From the NCBI GenBank assembly GCA_048881705.1, contig JBHLSH010000009.1:8466-72465 (forward strand): a DNA stretch of 64,000 bases, written 5' to 3'. The position numbers and the translations under genes are program-made. This stretch comes from Candidatus Heimdallarchaeota archaeon. Lineage in GTDB: Archaea; Asgardarchaeota; Heimdallarchaeia; Hodarchaeales; Hodarchaeaceae. Below are positions 49,711-58,829 of this stretch, one piece after another; position 1 is the stretch's first letter, and the number at the start of each line of letters is the position of its first letter. Under the pieces are notes generated by a model. It was not told the DNA's origin and searched no databases. It saw only the letters and a program-made list of their open reading frames with translations.

Positions 49711-50541
49711 ATGGCAGCACAGAAAAATTTCATTCACAAAAATATGCAGTACGTCCAAGTAATGGAGTACCTCAACGAAGAACTTAAGCTCGCGGGTCAG
49801 GGCCGAATCGAGATTCACAAAACTCCCATGGGCCATAGAGTCGTTATCCATGCAGTTCGTTTAGGAATTGTGATCGGAAGGCGCGGACGGAATGTTCGAA
49901 AAATCACCGACATCTTGGAGCATGTTTATGGATTGGAGACCCCTCAGCTCGAAGTCCGTGATTTAGAAAACCCCCATCTCAATTCTCGGGTGATGGCAGG
50001 ACGTTTGATTTCCCAAATTCAAAAAGGTTTCCATTTTCGACGTGCAGGCTACGCGTTGGTCCGGCGGATAATGGGCGCCAACGCTCGTGGTTGTGAAATC
50101 ACCATCAAAGGAAAATTAACTTCACAACGGGCTCGAGCCGAGGTCTTTCGAGATGGTTTTGTTGCCAAATGCGGAGAGCCCGCGGACAAATTTGTTGACA
50201 GCGCAGTCATGGAAGTCACCTTAAAACAAGGGGTCATTGGCGTTCATGTCAAAATCATGCAACCAGATGCAACTTTGCCTGACGATGCTGAGATCATCTT
50301 CGATGTGTTTGCCCCTCCAGAAGCTGAAGAAAAACCAGAAGAAGAATTAGAGGCAGAAGAGATCGAAGCTGAATCAGAGATCCTTGAAAAATCAGAGGCC
50401 TCTCTTGCAGAAGAAGCCTCTGAAGAAGTAGAAGAATCCGAACCATCCTCCTCAGAGAAAGAAGCAATTGGTCCTGATACTTCGGTGCCAGAAAAAAATG
50501 AGGAGCTGCTAGATGCATCGGATTTTGATAAGGAGGACTGA
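49711..50541 (+). CDS. rps3: 30S ribosomal protein uS3 with a long acidic C-terminal tail
   Basis: KH domain IGRRGRN, GARGCEI-like segment and GVIGVHVKI. Confidence 0.96.
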   Translation: MAAQKNFIHKNMQYVQVMEYLNEELKLAGQGRIEIHKTPMGHRVVIHAVRLGIVIGRRGRNVRKITDILEHVYGLETPQLEVRDLENPHLNSRVMAGRLISQIQKGFHFRRAGYALVRRIMGANARGCEITIKGKLTSQRARAEVFRDGFVAKCGEPADKFVDSAVMEVTLKQGVIGVHVKIMQPDATLPDDAEIIFDVFAPPEAEEKPEEELEAEEIEAESEILEKSEASLAEEASEEVEESEPSSSEKEAIGPDTSVPEKNEELLDASDFDKED

Positions 50542-50546
50542 ATCAT

Positions 50547-50753
50547 ATGGCAATCTTACGTAAATCACAAATCCGGAAAATGAGCCTTCAAGATCGTCAG
50601 AAGAAGATAGCGGAATTGAAGACGGAATTACTTGCTGTAAAGGGTAAAACTAAGTCAGGGTCAATTGAATCCGCTGGACGAGTTCGCCTGCTGAGACAAA
50701 CTATTGCCCGCCTCCACACAATTGGAAAAGAAGAAAATGAAACGCGCCGATGA
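50547..50753 (+). CDS. rpl29: 50S ribosomal protein uL29
   Basis: MAILRKSQIR...LRQTIARLHT. Confidence 0.93.
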   Translation: MAILRKSQIRKMSLQDRQKKIAELKTELLAVKGKTKSGSIESAGRVRLLRQTIARLHTIGKEENETRR

Positions 50754-51027
50754 CCTTCGATTGGCAAAATCAAGCAGTATTGCCAAAATTCGCCTTCTCG
50801 GTAAACGTTGTGAAATCCTATACGGGAACCAAACATTCGCTGGAATCATCTGGAGAGAAACAAAGCATACCTTACAAATACAAACGCCTAATGGCATTAA
50901 AACCTTCCCCAAACAACAGATAGTCATTCGAATTACGTATAATGATCACACCTATGAAATTGCTGGCAAAGTAATGAAAGGCCGACCCGAAGATCGAATC
51001 AAAACATGGATGAAACGTCAATGGTAA
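50704..51027 (+). CDS. rnp1: RNase P protein subunit 1 (Rpp29/Pop4)
   Basis: G.I..ETKHT...G...FPK...GRPEDRIK pattern, at its conserved operon position; true start probably the internal MKRADD. Confidence 0.85.
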   Translation: MPASTQLEKKKMKRADDLRLAKSSSIAKIRLLGKRCEILYGNQTFAGIIWRETKHTLQIQTPNGIKTFPKQQIVIRITYNDHTYEIAGKVMKGRPEDRIKTWMKRQW

Positions 51028-51365
51028 AAAAGAAGTACTCTCGCCACATAGGCGTCGCTCCCTCTCCTAAGAGAACATGTGATGATAACAACTGCCCGTT
51101 TCATGGCACTTTGTCAGTTCGTGGCCGATTCATGGAAACTGAAGTCATTTCAGATAAGATGGATAAAACCGTAACCGTTAAACAGTCACGGTTAGAGCTG
51201 GTAAGAAAATACAAACGATATGGCAGATCTACTACTCGCTTTCACGCTCATAATCCCCCCTGCATTGATGCTAAGGTGGGGGATCGAGTCCGGATAGGTG
51301 AATGCAGACCGTTGGCAAAAACTGTCTCTTTCGTTGTTATCGAAAAGATAGAAGCAGGAGACTGA
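51021..51365 (+). CDS. rps17: 30S ribosomal protein uS17
   Basis: CDDNNCPFHGTLSVRG and ECRPLAKT motifs. Confidence 0.96.
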   Translation: MVKKKYSRHIGVAPSPKRTCDDNNCPFHGTLSVRGRFMETEVISDKMDKTVTVKQSRLELVRKYKRYGRSTTRFHAHNPPCIDAKVGDRVRIGECRPLAKTVSFVVIEKIEAGD

Positions 51366-51369
51366 CCTC

Positions 51370-51786
51370 ATGAAAAAACGTAAAGCCCTTCGATTAGTAA
51401 CTCGGCGTATCACGCGCGCATTACCTACTGGGGCGAAAGTTCAGGTTGCTGATAACTCCGGAGCTCGAATTGTCCAGGTTATTAGTGTCAAGGGGCATAA
51501 AACCCGTCTACGGCGACAGCCAGCGGCTAAAGTAGGCGACCTTATCGTCTGCAGTGTAAAAAAGGGCACTCCAAAATTACGCCGCCAAATTGTACACGGC
51601 GTTGTAATAAGACAAAAAAAGCCCTACAAACGCGCCGACGGGAGCTGGGTACACTTTGAAGACAATGCCATTGTTGTAACGAATGAAAATGGAGAACCCC
51701 GTGGGACTGAAATCCGAGGAGCTGTTTCAAAGGAAGCAGCCGATTCCTGGCCCCGTATCGCCAGCGCCGCTCGGATAATTGCCTGA
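51370..51786 (+). CDS. rpl14: 50S ribosomal protein uL14
   Basis: ADNSGA and FEDNAIVV motifs. Confidence 0.97.
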   Translation: MKKRKALRLVTRRITRALPTGAKVQVADNSGARIVQVISVKGHKTRLRRQPAAKVGDLIVCSVKKGTPKLRRQIVHGVVIRQKKPYKRADGSWVHFEDNAIVVTNENGEPRGTEIRGAVSKEAADSWPRIASAARIIA

Positions 51787-51802
51787 CGAGAGTGAAAGAA
51801 CC

Positions 51803-52276
51803 ATGGACTCTAAGACACGCGATCCACGGAAAAACCGCAAACGTTCCTATGCCGATGGCACTTTTGAAAGACATCGTCATATGTCCGTTCGTCTATCTAA
51901 AGATTTACAAAGCAAATATAAGGTTAAAAAAGTACCTGTACATCGTGGTGACACTGTATATGTAGCAGCGGGAGATTTTATTGGAACTGAAGGTAAGGTA
52001 CTCACTGCCAATTATAAAACTAAACGCTTGGAGATCGATGGTATCTCTCGTGAGAAAGCGGATAAATCCAAGATCTTATATCCTATTCATACATCCAAAG
52101 TAGTCATTCGTCGGTTTGGCAAGGTCGATCGATCTAGGAAGGCCATCCTGGAACGTCGAGCCAAAACCACTGTTGATGTGGAACCAGAAGATATCCTGGA
52201 GCCAGAAGAAGAAATCGAAGAGATTTTCGAGGAAGAGGATGACGATCTAGAAGACCTTTCCCAGGAGGAAGAGTAA
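51803..52276 (+). CDS. rpl24: 50S ribosomal protein uL24 with an acidic tail
   Basis: VHRGDTV...G...G KOW motif and IHTSKV. Confidence 0.93.
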   Translation: MDSKTRDPRKNRKRSYADGTFERHRHMSVRLSKDLQSKYKVKKVPVHRGDTVYVAAGDFIGTEGKVLTANYKTKRLEIDGISREKADKSKILYPIHTSKVVIRRFGKVDRSRKAILERRAKTTVDVEPEDILEPEEEIEEIFEEEDDDLEDLSQEEE

Positions 52277-52290
52277 CGGAGTGAAATATC

Positions 52291-53070
52291 ATGGGAAGTA
52301 AAGGCATTTCACGACATAAAAAACGCTTGAATGCTCCTATCACTTACTCGATTGCCCGCAAACACGGTGTCTTTACCGTTCGACCTTTACCAGGAAAACG
52401 AAAGGAGGTCTCTCTACCTTTGGGTATTATTCTCCGAGAAATCCTTGGGTACGCCAAGACCCTTTCGGAGGTAAAAAAAATCCTAAAGAAAGAGATTGTC
52501 AAAGTTGATGGACAGGTCATGACAAGCTATAAATCTCAGGTAGGATTGCTGGACACCCTAGAAATCACCGCAGCTGATGAATATTACCGTTTGATCCCCT
52601 ATCGCGGTAAACGTCGTCTCATGCTCCGTCCAATATCGTCTGAGCAGGCGTCCCGCAAGCCTCTTCGGGTTGAGAAGAAAAAAACTGTCCGTGGCGGCCT
52701 TGTTCAATTAGCTTTTCATGATGGACGAACCCTCCTTATCGATCCCACAGCCAAAGGTGGGCCACCTATCGAGGAGATCTCTCCCAAGAACACCGTCCTT
52801 TTCAACCTAGAAACCAAAGAAATTGAAGAAAACTTCTCTTTTTCTGAAGGAAACTTGGGATTAGTTATTGGAGGCCACAATGTCGGTTTGAGCGGAGAAA
52901 TAAGCGAAATCGAGACGCAATTGGGAAGAAAAAATCGAATTGTTACCCTCAACACGGAAGAAGGACCCATCAAAACCACAGATAACCACATTTTCATTAT
53001 TGGCCAGAAGAACCCAATTATCGATCTTTCCCCCCTAGCCCCCGAAGGAGAATCGGATACCGATGAGTAG
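52291..53070 (+). CDS. rps4e: 30S ribosomal protein eS4 (S4e)
   Basis: HKKRLNAP, VKVDG, FHDGRT and GGHNVG motifs. Confidence 0.95.
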   Translation: MGSKGISRHKKRLNAPITYSIARKHGVFTVRPLPGKRKEVSLPLGIILREILGYAKTLSEVKKILKKEIVKVDGQVMTSYKSQVGLLDTLEITAADEYYRLIPYRGKRRLMLRPISSEQASRKPLRVEKKKTVRGGLVQLAFHDGRTLLIDPTAKGGPPIEEISPKNTVLFNLETKEIEENFSFSEGNLGLVIGGHNVGLSGEISEIETQLGRKNRIVTLNTEEGPIKTTDNHIFIIGQKNPIIDLSPLAPEGESDTDE

Positions 53071-53674
53071 TAGATTGAGACTCCGACGCCGAAAATCCCG
53101 TGAAGAGGAAGAGCGTCCCCCCGTTCAACTCACCGAGACCGAACAGTCATTCATAGAGTCATGGAAAACCCAACCTATGCGAAAACCCCATATCGAAAAA
53201 GTGTCTGTCAACTTTGCAGTGGGAAGATCGGGTCCCGATTTGGAAAAGGCCAGAACTCTTTGCCAACAAATTACTAACCAGGTCCCCGCTGAAGGCCGAG
53301 CCAAGGAATCTGTCCGAGGCTTTGGCATCCGCAAACACGAGCCGATTGGCGTTTTCAGTACCTTGCGTGGCGAATTGGCTCAAGCTTTTCTCAAAAAGGC
53401 CTTTTATGCCGTTGAAGAAAAGGTCGCTACCAAGAATTTCGACCGTTACGGTAATCTCTCCTTTGGCATAGATGAGCACCTTAAACTTCCTGATATCAAA
53501 TACGACCCCCAAATCGGCGTCCATGGCTTTAATACTACGATCGTTATGGGACGTCCTGGCTATCGAACCAAACTCCGTCGGATCAGATCTAAAAAAATAT
53601 CTTCTCGGCATAAATTAACTAAAGAAGAAAGTATTGCCTTTTTCAAGCATGAATACAACCTAGAAGTTGAGTGA
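53063..53674 (+). CDS. rpl5: 50S ribosomal protein uL5 with an N-terminal extension
   Basis: PMRKPHIEKVSVN, FGIRK, GNLSFGIDEH and YDPQIG motifs. Confidence 0.96.
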   Translation: MSSRLRLRRRKSREEEERPPVQLTETEQSFIESWKTQPMRKPHIEKVSVNFAVGRSGPDLEKARTLCQQITNQVPAEGRAKESVRGFGIRKHEPIGVFSTLRGELAQAFLKKAFYAVEEKVATKNFDRYGNLSFGIDEHLKLPDIKYDPQIGVHGFNTTIVMGRPGYRTKLRRIRSKKISSRHKLTKEESIAFFKHEYNLEVE

Positions 53675-53680
53675 GCCCGA

Positions 53681-53839
53681 ATGACACAGAACCTACGTAC
53701 AAAAAAACCCTTCGGACGCGGAACACGCACCTGTCGACGCTGTAAAACTCATAGAGCGGTTATCCGCAAATATGGCCTCTATATCTGCCGCCGATGTATT
53801 CGTGAAATTGCGCCAGAACTAGGATTTAAGAAATATTGA
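53681..53839 (+). CDS. rps14: 30S ribosomal protein uS14 (zinc-binding)
   Basis: Not in the ORF track (52 aa): [52 protein letters not shown]. Confidence 0.96.
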   Translation: MTQNLRTKKPFGRGTRTCRRCKTHRAVIRKYGLYICRRCIREIAPELGFKKY

Positions 53840-54702
53840 GCCGGACTCGGCCCCCTTTTGAACTCATTCAGCACGATCTTTTGATTCAAAACCTGATTCC
53901 CCTCCCCCTTATTGACCTTCTACCGCAAGGGTGGAAACGGATTGGTCATGTCGGAATTCTTACCCTAGACCCCCGTCTTTACCCCTGGAAACGGGTGATC
54001 GGGCAAGTCTACCTCAAACACCTCCCTGAACTATCGACCATAGCCCATAAGGTAGGAATTACGACCCAGGAAACCCGAACTCCGGATTACGAGGTGCTGG
54101 CTGGGGATCCCAAGACCATCACCCTCCATAAAGAACTTCATTGTACGTTCATACTCGATGCTCTCCGATTGACCTTTTCTAGCGGTAACCACGCGGAACG
54201 ACTCCATCTGATCCACGCATGTCAACCTGACGAAAAAGTCATAGACATGTTTGCCTGTGTAGGAAACCTCTCAATTCCCCTCGCGGTTCACATTCCCACG
54301 GCCAAAGTCCTAGGTATTGATATCAACCCGCTTGCCTGTACCTATCTCGCCAAAAACATCCAAAAGAACCACCTGACCGATCGTTACTACGCCGTTTGTG
54401 GTGATAATCGTATCGCTACCCCCGTCGATTGGGCAGATCGTGTTATTATGGGATACTTTACCCTCGATTCCGCGCACTTTATCAGTGCCCTTTCATCCCT
54501 TCGTCAAACCCGCGGCGGAACCATCCATGCCCATGGCCTCAGTAGTAACCGAAATCCTCAGGATTGGTATCAAAACGTCAACAATATCATCTCTGGTTCT
54601 TTCCCCCACTTTAAGATCAGCACCACCAAAAAACGAATTATTAAGACCGTCGCCGCAGGGATCGAGCATTTTGTTGACGACATCACCATTGTACCTCAAT
54701 AG
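53836..54702 (+). CDS. Trm5/Taw2 (Met-10-like) class I SAM-dependent tRNA-modifying enzyme
   Basis: [31 protein letters not shown] and ADRVIMG motifs; overlaps the rps14 stop. Confidence 0.88.
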   Translation: MSRTRPPFELIQHDLLIQNLIPLPLIDLLPQGWKRIGHVGILTLDPRLYPWKRVIGQVYLKHLPELSTIAHKVGITTQETRTPDYEVLAGDPKTITLHKELHCTFILDALRLTFSSGNHAERLHLIHACQPDEKVIDMFACVGNLSIPLAVHIPTAKVLGIDINPLACTYLAKNIQKNHLTDRYYAVCGDNRIATPVDWADRVIMGYFTLDSAHFISALSSLRQTRGGTIHAHGLSSNRNPQDWYQNVNNIISGSFPHFKISTTKKRIIKTVAAGIEHFVDDITIVPQ

Positions 54703-54714
54703 CTTCGTTCTTCC

Positions 54715-55620
54715 CTAGCCGATTAGTGCACTCACCTCTGCGTACACTCGCCTGATCTCCTCCGGGGTCGGCATGTAGTCCTCATGAGAAACCCTGTTCC
54801 GTAGATGGTTGAGCCACTTGAGAAAGCTCTTCTTGTTAAACAACCCAAACTGTGCCACTTTCCGCTCTAGCTCATCTGTAAACTTTCCCTCGATCCCTAA
54901 AAGCTTCCTAACTGTTGCATGGGCATAATGAACAAAGGCATGTCGATACACTAGATTTTCCCCCTGGGCTCCTTCATAACATTCCACCGCCAGCTCCCAG
55001 ACCTTGTCAACTTCCGCATCTTTCCTCAAATCCATTCTACTCCCCTCTGAAACCTCCGTTCCATCCGTAACCTGCAACCCTTTGATTATCACCTTTGATT
55101 GACGGGACTCCTCGAGCGTAGGTACTGGCACCGATAATACCTCTGGTTTCGACTCTGCATCTATTCCAGGAGGATGAATTAATCCAGCCCGTACGTGCCC
55201 CTCTATCTGTGCCATTACTTCCTGCAGCCGATTATCCAAGCCCAGCATTTCTTGGGCCTGTTGAAGAACAAACATTGCTTTAAATAGCTCATTTTCCTGA
55301 ACAAATATCTCGACTAATCGCATCCATGTACCGATATTTCTTGGTTCCCATTGAGCCGCCTCCATGAACGTCTTAAACGCCGCCTGTTCATGACCCTCTT
55401 CTCTCATTATATGTCCCCTCAATATCCAGAAATCTACCAGTAATGAGAGATTGCTATTACTCAGTTGCTTCAAATTGGCAATGACCATGGGATCCACTCT
55501 TTGATTTTCCCCTGCCAATACCCTCTCCACTAATGTGATTAGTTCGGCGCCATTTGGATGACCCTCCAAACTAGCCACAAAATCCGTCACTAAGCTTCCT
55601 ACTTTCTCTGCTATTTCCAT
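54715..55620 (-). CDS. TPR-containing protein with a C-terminal HEPN-like domain
   Basis: TPR pair (QAAFKTFMEAAQWEPRN); the last ~100 aa are helical and contain LNHLRNRVSH (Rx4H). Confidence 0.65.
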   Translation of the reverse strand: MEIAEKVGSLVTDFVASLEGHPNGAELITLVERVLAGENQRVDPMVIANLKQLSNSNLSLLVDFWILRGHIMREEGHEQAAFKTFMEAAQWEPRNIGTWMRLVEIFVQENELFKAMFVLQQAQEMLGLDNRLQEVMAQIEGHVRAGLIHPPGIDAESKPEVLSVPVPTLEESRQSKVIIKGLQVTDGTEVSEGSRMDLRKDAEVDKVWELAVECYEGAQGENLVYRHAFVHYAHATVRKLLGIEGKFTDELERKVAQFGLFNKKSFLKWLNHLRNRVSHEDYMPTPEEIRRVYAEVSALIG

Positions 55621-55967
55621 TACTGACTAGTTCTCCACACAGTTACTCTGATAAGAGGGGAAAAGAAGTTCAATTCAAGCCCTATTCACTATTACTCCAT
55701 CCCCCTCCTCCTATATATACTCCAATGATTTCGATCTAATGGTCGTTGTTAGGGTATTCTTACTCTTAATGATTAATTTTCGAGATACTTCTTTTATCCG
55801 CTGCTCTAATCAATGTAATCTCCTCTAGATCGTAAATCTCAAGAATTAAACTCCCGTCAAGTATCCAAATTTAATCGGATTTCTGCTGACATGCCTGCTT
55901 CGAAAGATTTTAACTTTAATCAAATTGACTCGAAAGAATTCAGGAAAAATGAATTTGTTGGCCGAGA

Positions 55968-57356
55968 TTACCCATGGGTACGAACAATATTTTTCATCCG
56001 GGCAATATATTCATTCAATCGAACGGCCTTCATTCGCTCGTGAATGGATGCTCCTTTTGAGAGCATTTCTTCGGATTTTTCCAGCATTTCCTTGAGGGCG
56101 GTTTGATCATCCTTAACCTTCTCCGCTAACTTTCTTAAATTTTGTTCTGCTGTTATTGACTCTGCCTGTTCAAGAAGGGTATCTGTCCGTGTTATATTGC
56201 CTCGGATTAACGAAAATCGTGAAAGAAGAAGCAAGGCCTCCACTGCCAAGGAGAAGGATTTTTGCTCCTGGGCAATGCCGTGAATTTTCGCCGATAGGTT
56301 TTCCGCCTCTGTTAGAACTTCAGGTTCTCCGTAGAGAGACAGTTCGTCAAGTAATAACTCACAAAGATTCACCATTGCATAGATTGAGAGATCATGTAAA
56401 ATGATTTCTTCGTGGATGATTTCCTCAAGGATTCGTTGTGCATCAGTCTTATCCTTGAGACGGCGACCATTTTTCAACACCAAAGCATATGCCAATCTCT
56501 GTCGGAGATCGATGTAACGATTGTTAGGATCCTTGTCTCGTTTTACTTCCTCAAGCTTTTTCAAGTAAACCTGCGCTTGATTTCTTTCTCCCACCTCTAA
56601 ACTAGTGAGAACCATGTGAAATAGACTGCAAGATATCTGATCGAATTTCTCATCTTCTTCATCAATAGTCATACACTGTTCAAAAGAGCTCAACGCCTTC
56701 ACATAATCACCCTGATAAAAATAAGTGACCCCGATCACATGTCGGGAATAGCTTTCAAGATACCGATATCCTGCTTCCCGTGCTAGGGAAAATGCCCGAT
56801 TCAAATATGAAATCGACTGATCAAGCTCCCCCCGTGACCGATGCATAAGCCCTACCAGCGAAAGAGACTCCGCGATTTGAAATTCATCCTTAAATTCCTC
56901 CGCCGCTGTGAGGGATTTATATGAAAATAAAAGCGCCTGTTGAAGATCTCCCAAGGTCCAGCAAACCCGGGCTTTTACGTCATATAGGAGACATCCCCAT
57001 TCTTTTCCATTCTCTAACAAGCTGAGTAACTCCTGACCCTCCTCAAGCAGCCCAGAAGCTTCAGTAACTTTCCCAAACCGGTATAAAGCATAACTCTTCA
57101 TCACTACTGCCCCCAGTTCCTGGTACCTGTCCCCTATCCCCTTATTTTTCTGATGAGCTTGATCTGCCGCCTTAATTGCCTGCTGGTATTCTTCCCGCAG
57201 GACAAAAATTCGGCTTTTGAGTAATAGTCCCATCACCTCCGCTTTAGGGTTTAGTTCTTCTATTTGTGAGAGTGCTTCTTCATATTTCGCCTGATAGATT
57301 AGATCGCGGATATCCTGAATTTTCATACGATACCTGTCCTGGATCCTGGGTAGCAT
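55968..57356 (-). CDS. Tetratricopeptide-repeat protein
   Basis: Tandem TPRs such as GELDQSISYLNRA and GDYVKALSSFEQC. Confidence 0.88.
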   Translation of the reverse strand: MLPRIQDRYRMKIQDIRDLIYQAKYEEALSQIEELNPKAEVMGLLLKSRIFVLREEYQQAIKAADQAHQKNKGIGDRYQELGAVVMKSYALYRFGKVTEASGLLEEGQELLSLLENGKEWGCLLYDVKARVCWTLGDLQQALLFSYKSLTAAEEFKDEFQIAESLSLVGLMHRSRGELDQSISYLNRAFSLAREAGYRYLESYSRHVIGVTYFYQGDYVKALSSFEQCMTIDEEDEKFDQISCSLFHMVLTSLEVGERNQAQVYLKKLEEVKRDKDPNNRYIDLRQRLAYALVLKNGRRLKDKTDAQRILEEIIHEEIILHDLSIYAMVNLCELLLDELSLYGEPEVLTEAENLSAKIHGIAQEQKSFSLAVEALLLLSRFSLIRGNITRTDTLLEQAESITAEQNLRKLAEKVKDDQTALKEMLEKSEEMLSKGASIHERMKAVRLNEYIARMKNIVRTHG

Positions 57357-57697
57357 AAAAAGGCTTGGCGATTTATGAAGTGATTATTGAACTTCGTAGG
57401 CGCAGCTGATAACTAACTCTATAGCGGAAGATCCAACTACCTAACACAATCCGTGGTCACCCGCTTGATGTATCTAGCTGCTTAGCGGTAGCCCCATATG
57501 CGTCACGCGATTTTTTCTCTTTTTTTCGAAACTTCATCCCCTTCTATGATTTCTCTCCATTCAGGATATAGAAAAAAGAATGAAAATGGGCGCCCTCCAT
57601 CTGTTCTGAGGGTAATAGTCACTGAGCTCAGGAGGGAAAGATTCGCCCATTAATAGGTTGTTTTTGATTGGCGAGTTGTCCCTTATATTCACGAAAC

Positions 57698-58111
57698 TTA
57701 TGGCCCGAGATTCAACAAACTGTAACTCCAAGGTGTTGGAACCGCTAGAAACATTAATGCCGATCCCAACAATGCCAGGTTCTTCATAAATTGAACTCTT
57801 TCCGCGGCCTTCATTTGCGCATCTTCTATTGTCCAGAAGTTATGCATCATGATATTTACGGGGACAAAGAACGCTACGAGACTTAGCACTCCAATTTCTG
57901 GGAAAACTCCTAAAATAAAGGTAATTCCCGCAATGGCCAATAACAGTCCTGTGACCTGCACCGCCAATCTTGGTGATGGAACCCCTTTTGACCCTGCATA
58001 ACCCTGTAACATGTCCACATTCTTGAAATGATTCCAAGCATTATACAGGTAGAAAGCTCCAACCACCACTCGCCCAATCAAAAAGATGACTGAATATAAT
58101 GGATCTGCCAT
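57698..58111 (-). CDS. DoxX family membrane protein
   Basis: LIGRV...HFK...KGVP...MHNFW...FMKNLALLG pattern. Confidence 0.9.
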   Translation of the reverse strand: MADPLYSVIFLIGRVVVGAFYLYNAWNHFKNVDMLQGYAGSKGVPSPRLAVQVTGLLLAIAGITFILGVFPEIGVLSLVAFFVPVNIMMHNFWTIEDAQMKAAERVQFMKNLALLGSALMFLAVPTPWSYSLLNLGP

Positions 58112-58290
58112 ATGTTTTTCACCTACCACCAGTTATGAAAAACTGATATCTAGTATTTCAACCTCACTATAGAAATTTTATATACTATACAGGGTATAGT
58201 ATTGCAGTAAGTATCCTCCGTAATACTCACTATTTTCGTGATAACTGATCGAATCCCAGCTGACTCGATGCATCAAAGAGGCTACCACAG

Positions 58291-58689
58291 ATGGCCCGAC
58301 ATAACAGTACGAGTTTTACCAAACCTGACCCTAGTGAACCACAAGCCACAGCAGTTTCTCCCGAAGAAGCATCGGACAAAGAATCCTGCGAAATTACTGA
58401 AATTATTGCTATCTTAAGCCGAAAATGGACCCTTAACGTTCTCCGCGAACTCGGCCTCCACGACACCCTCCGTTTCAATGAAATCCTCACCAATTGCGGT
58501 AATATTAGCCCCCGTACTCTTTCCAAACGTTTGAAAGAGTTAGCTCAGCACGGCCTTATCCACCGAACCCAATTCAATGAAATCCCTCCCAAAGTGGTCT
58601 ATTCCCTGACTCTCAAAGGTGTAGAACTCGTCCACAGCTTCAAAGACCTCGATAATTGGGCCAAGAAGTGGAATCTGAACCCTTCTTAA
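58291..58689 (+). CDS. HxlR-family winged-helix transcriptional regulator, divergent from DoxX
   Basis: KWTLNVL, RFNEI, TLSKRLKEL and PPKVVYSLT motifs. Confidence 0.92.
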   Translation: MARHNSTSFTKPDPSEPQATAVSPEEASDKESCEITEIIAILSRKWTLNVLRELGLHDTLRFNEILTNCGNISPRTLSKRLKELAQHGLIHRTQFNEIPPKVVYSLTLKGVELVHSFKDLDNWAKKWNLNPS

Positions 58690-58829
58690 GTCTCCACTCT
58701 TCTGTTTTCTTCCTGCTTGATCCGCTTCGCCCGCTTACCCTTTCCTTTATTCGTCGTCTAAGCTAATTCTTCCTGATGTCAGTTCAATGCTTTCACTTAA
58801 CTAGGATTTGGTTCTTCTCAAAAAAGAAT

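Noticed and set aside
652-58526. Numerous antisense or overlapping ORFs in the track (e.g. 652-1011+, 2351-2533+, 12674-13066+, 26749-27273-, 42753-43136+, 53159-53611-)
   Set aside because: Shadows of well-supported genes on the opposite strand or in another frame, with no recognisable motifs.
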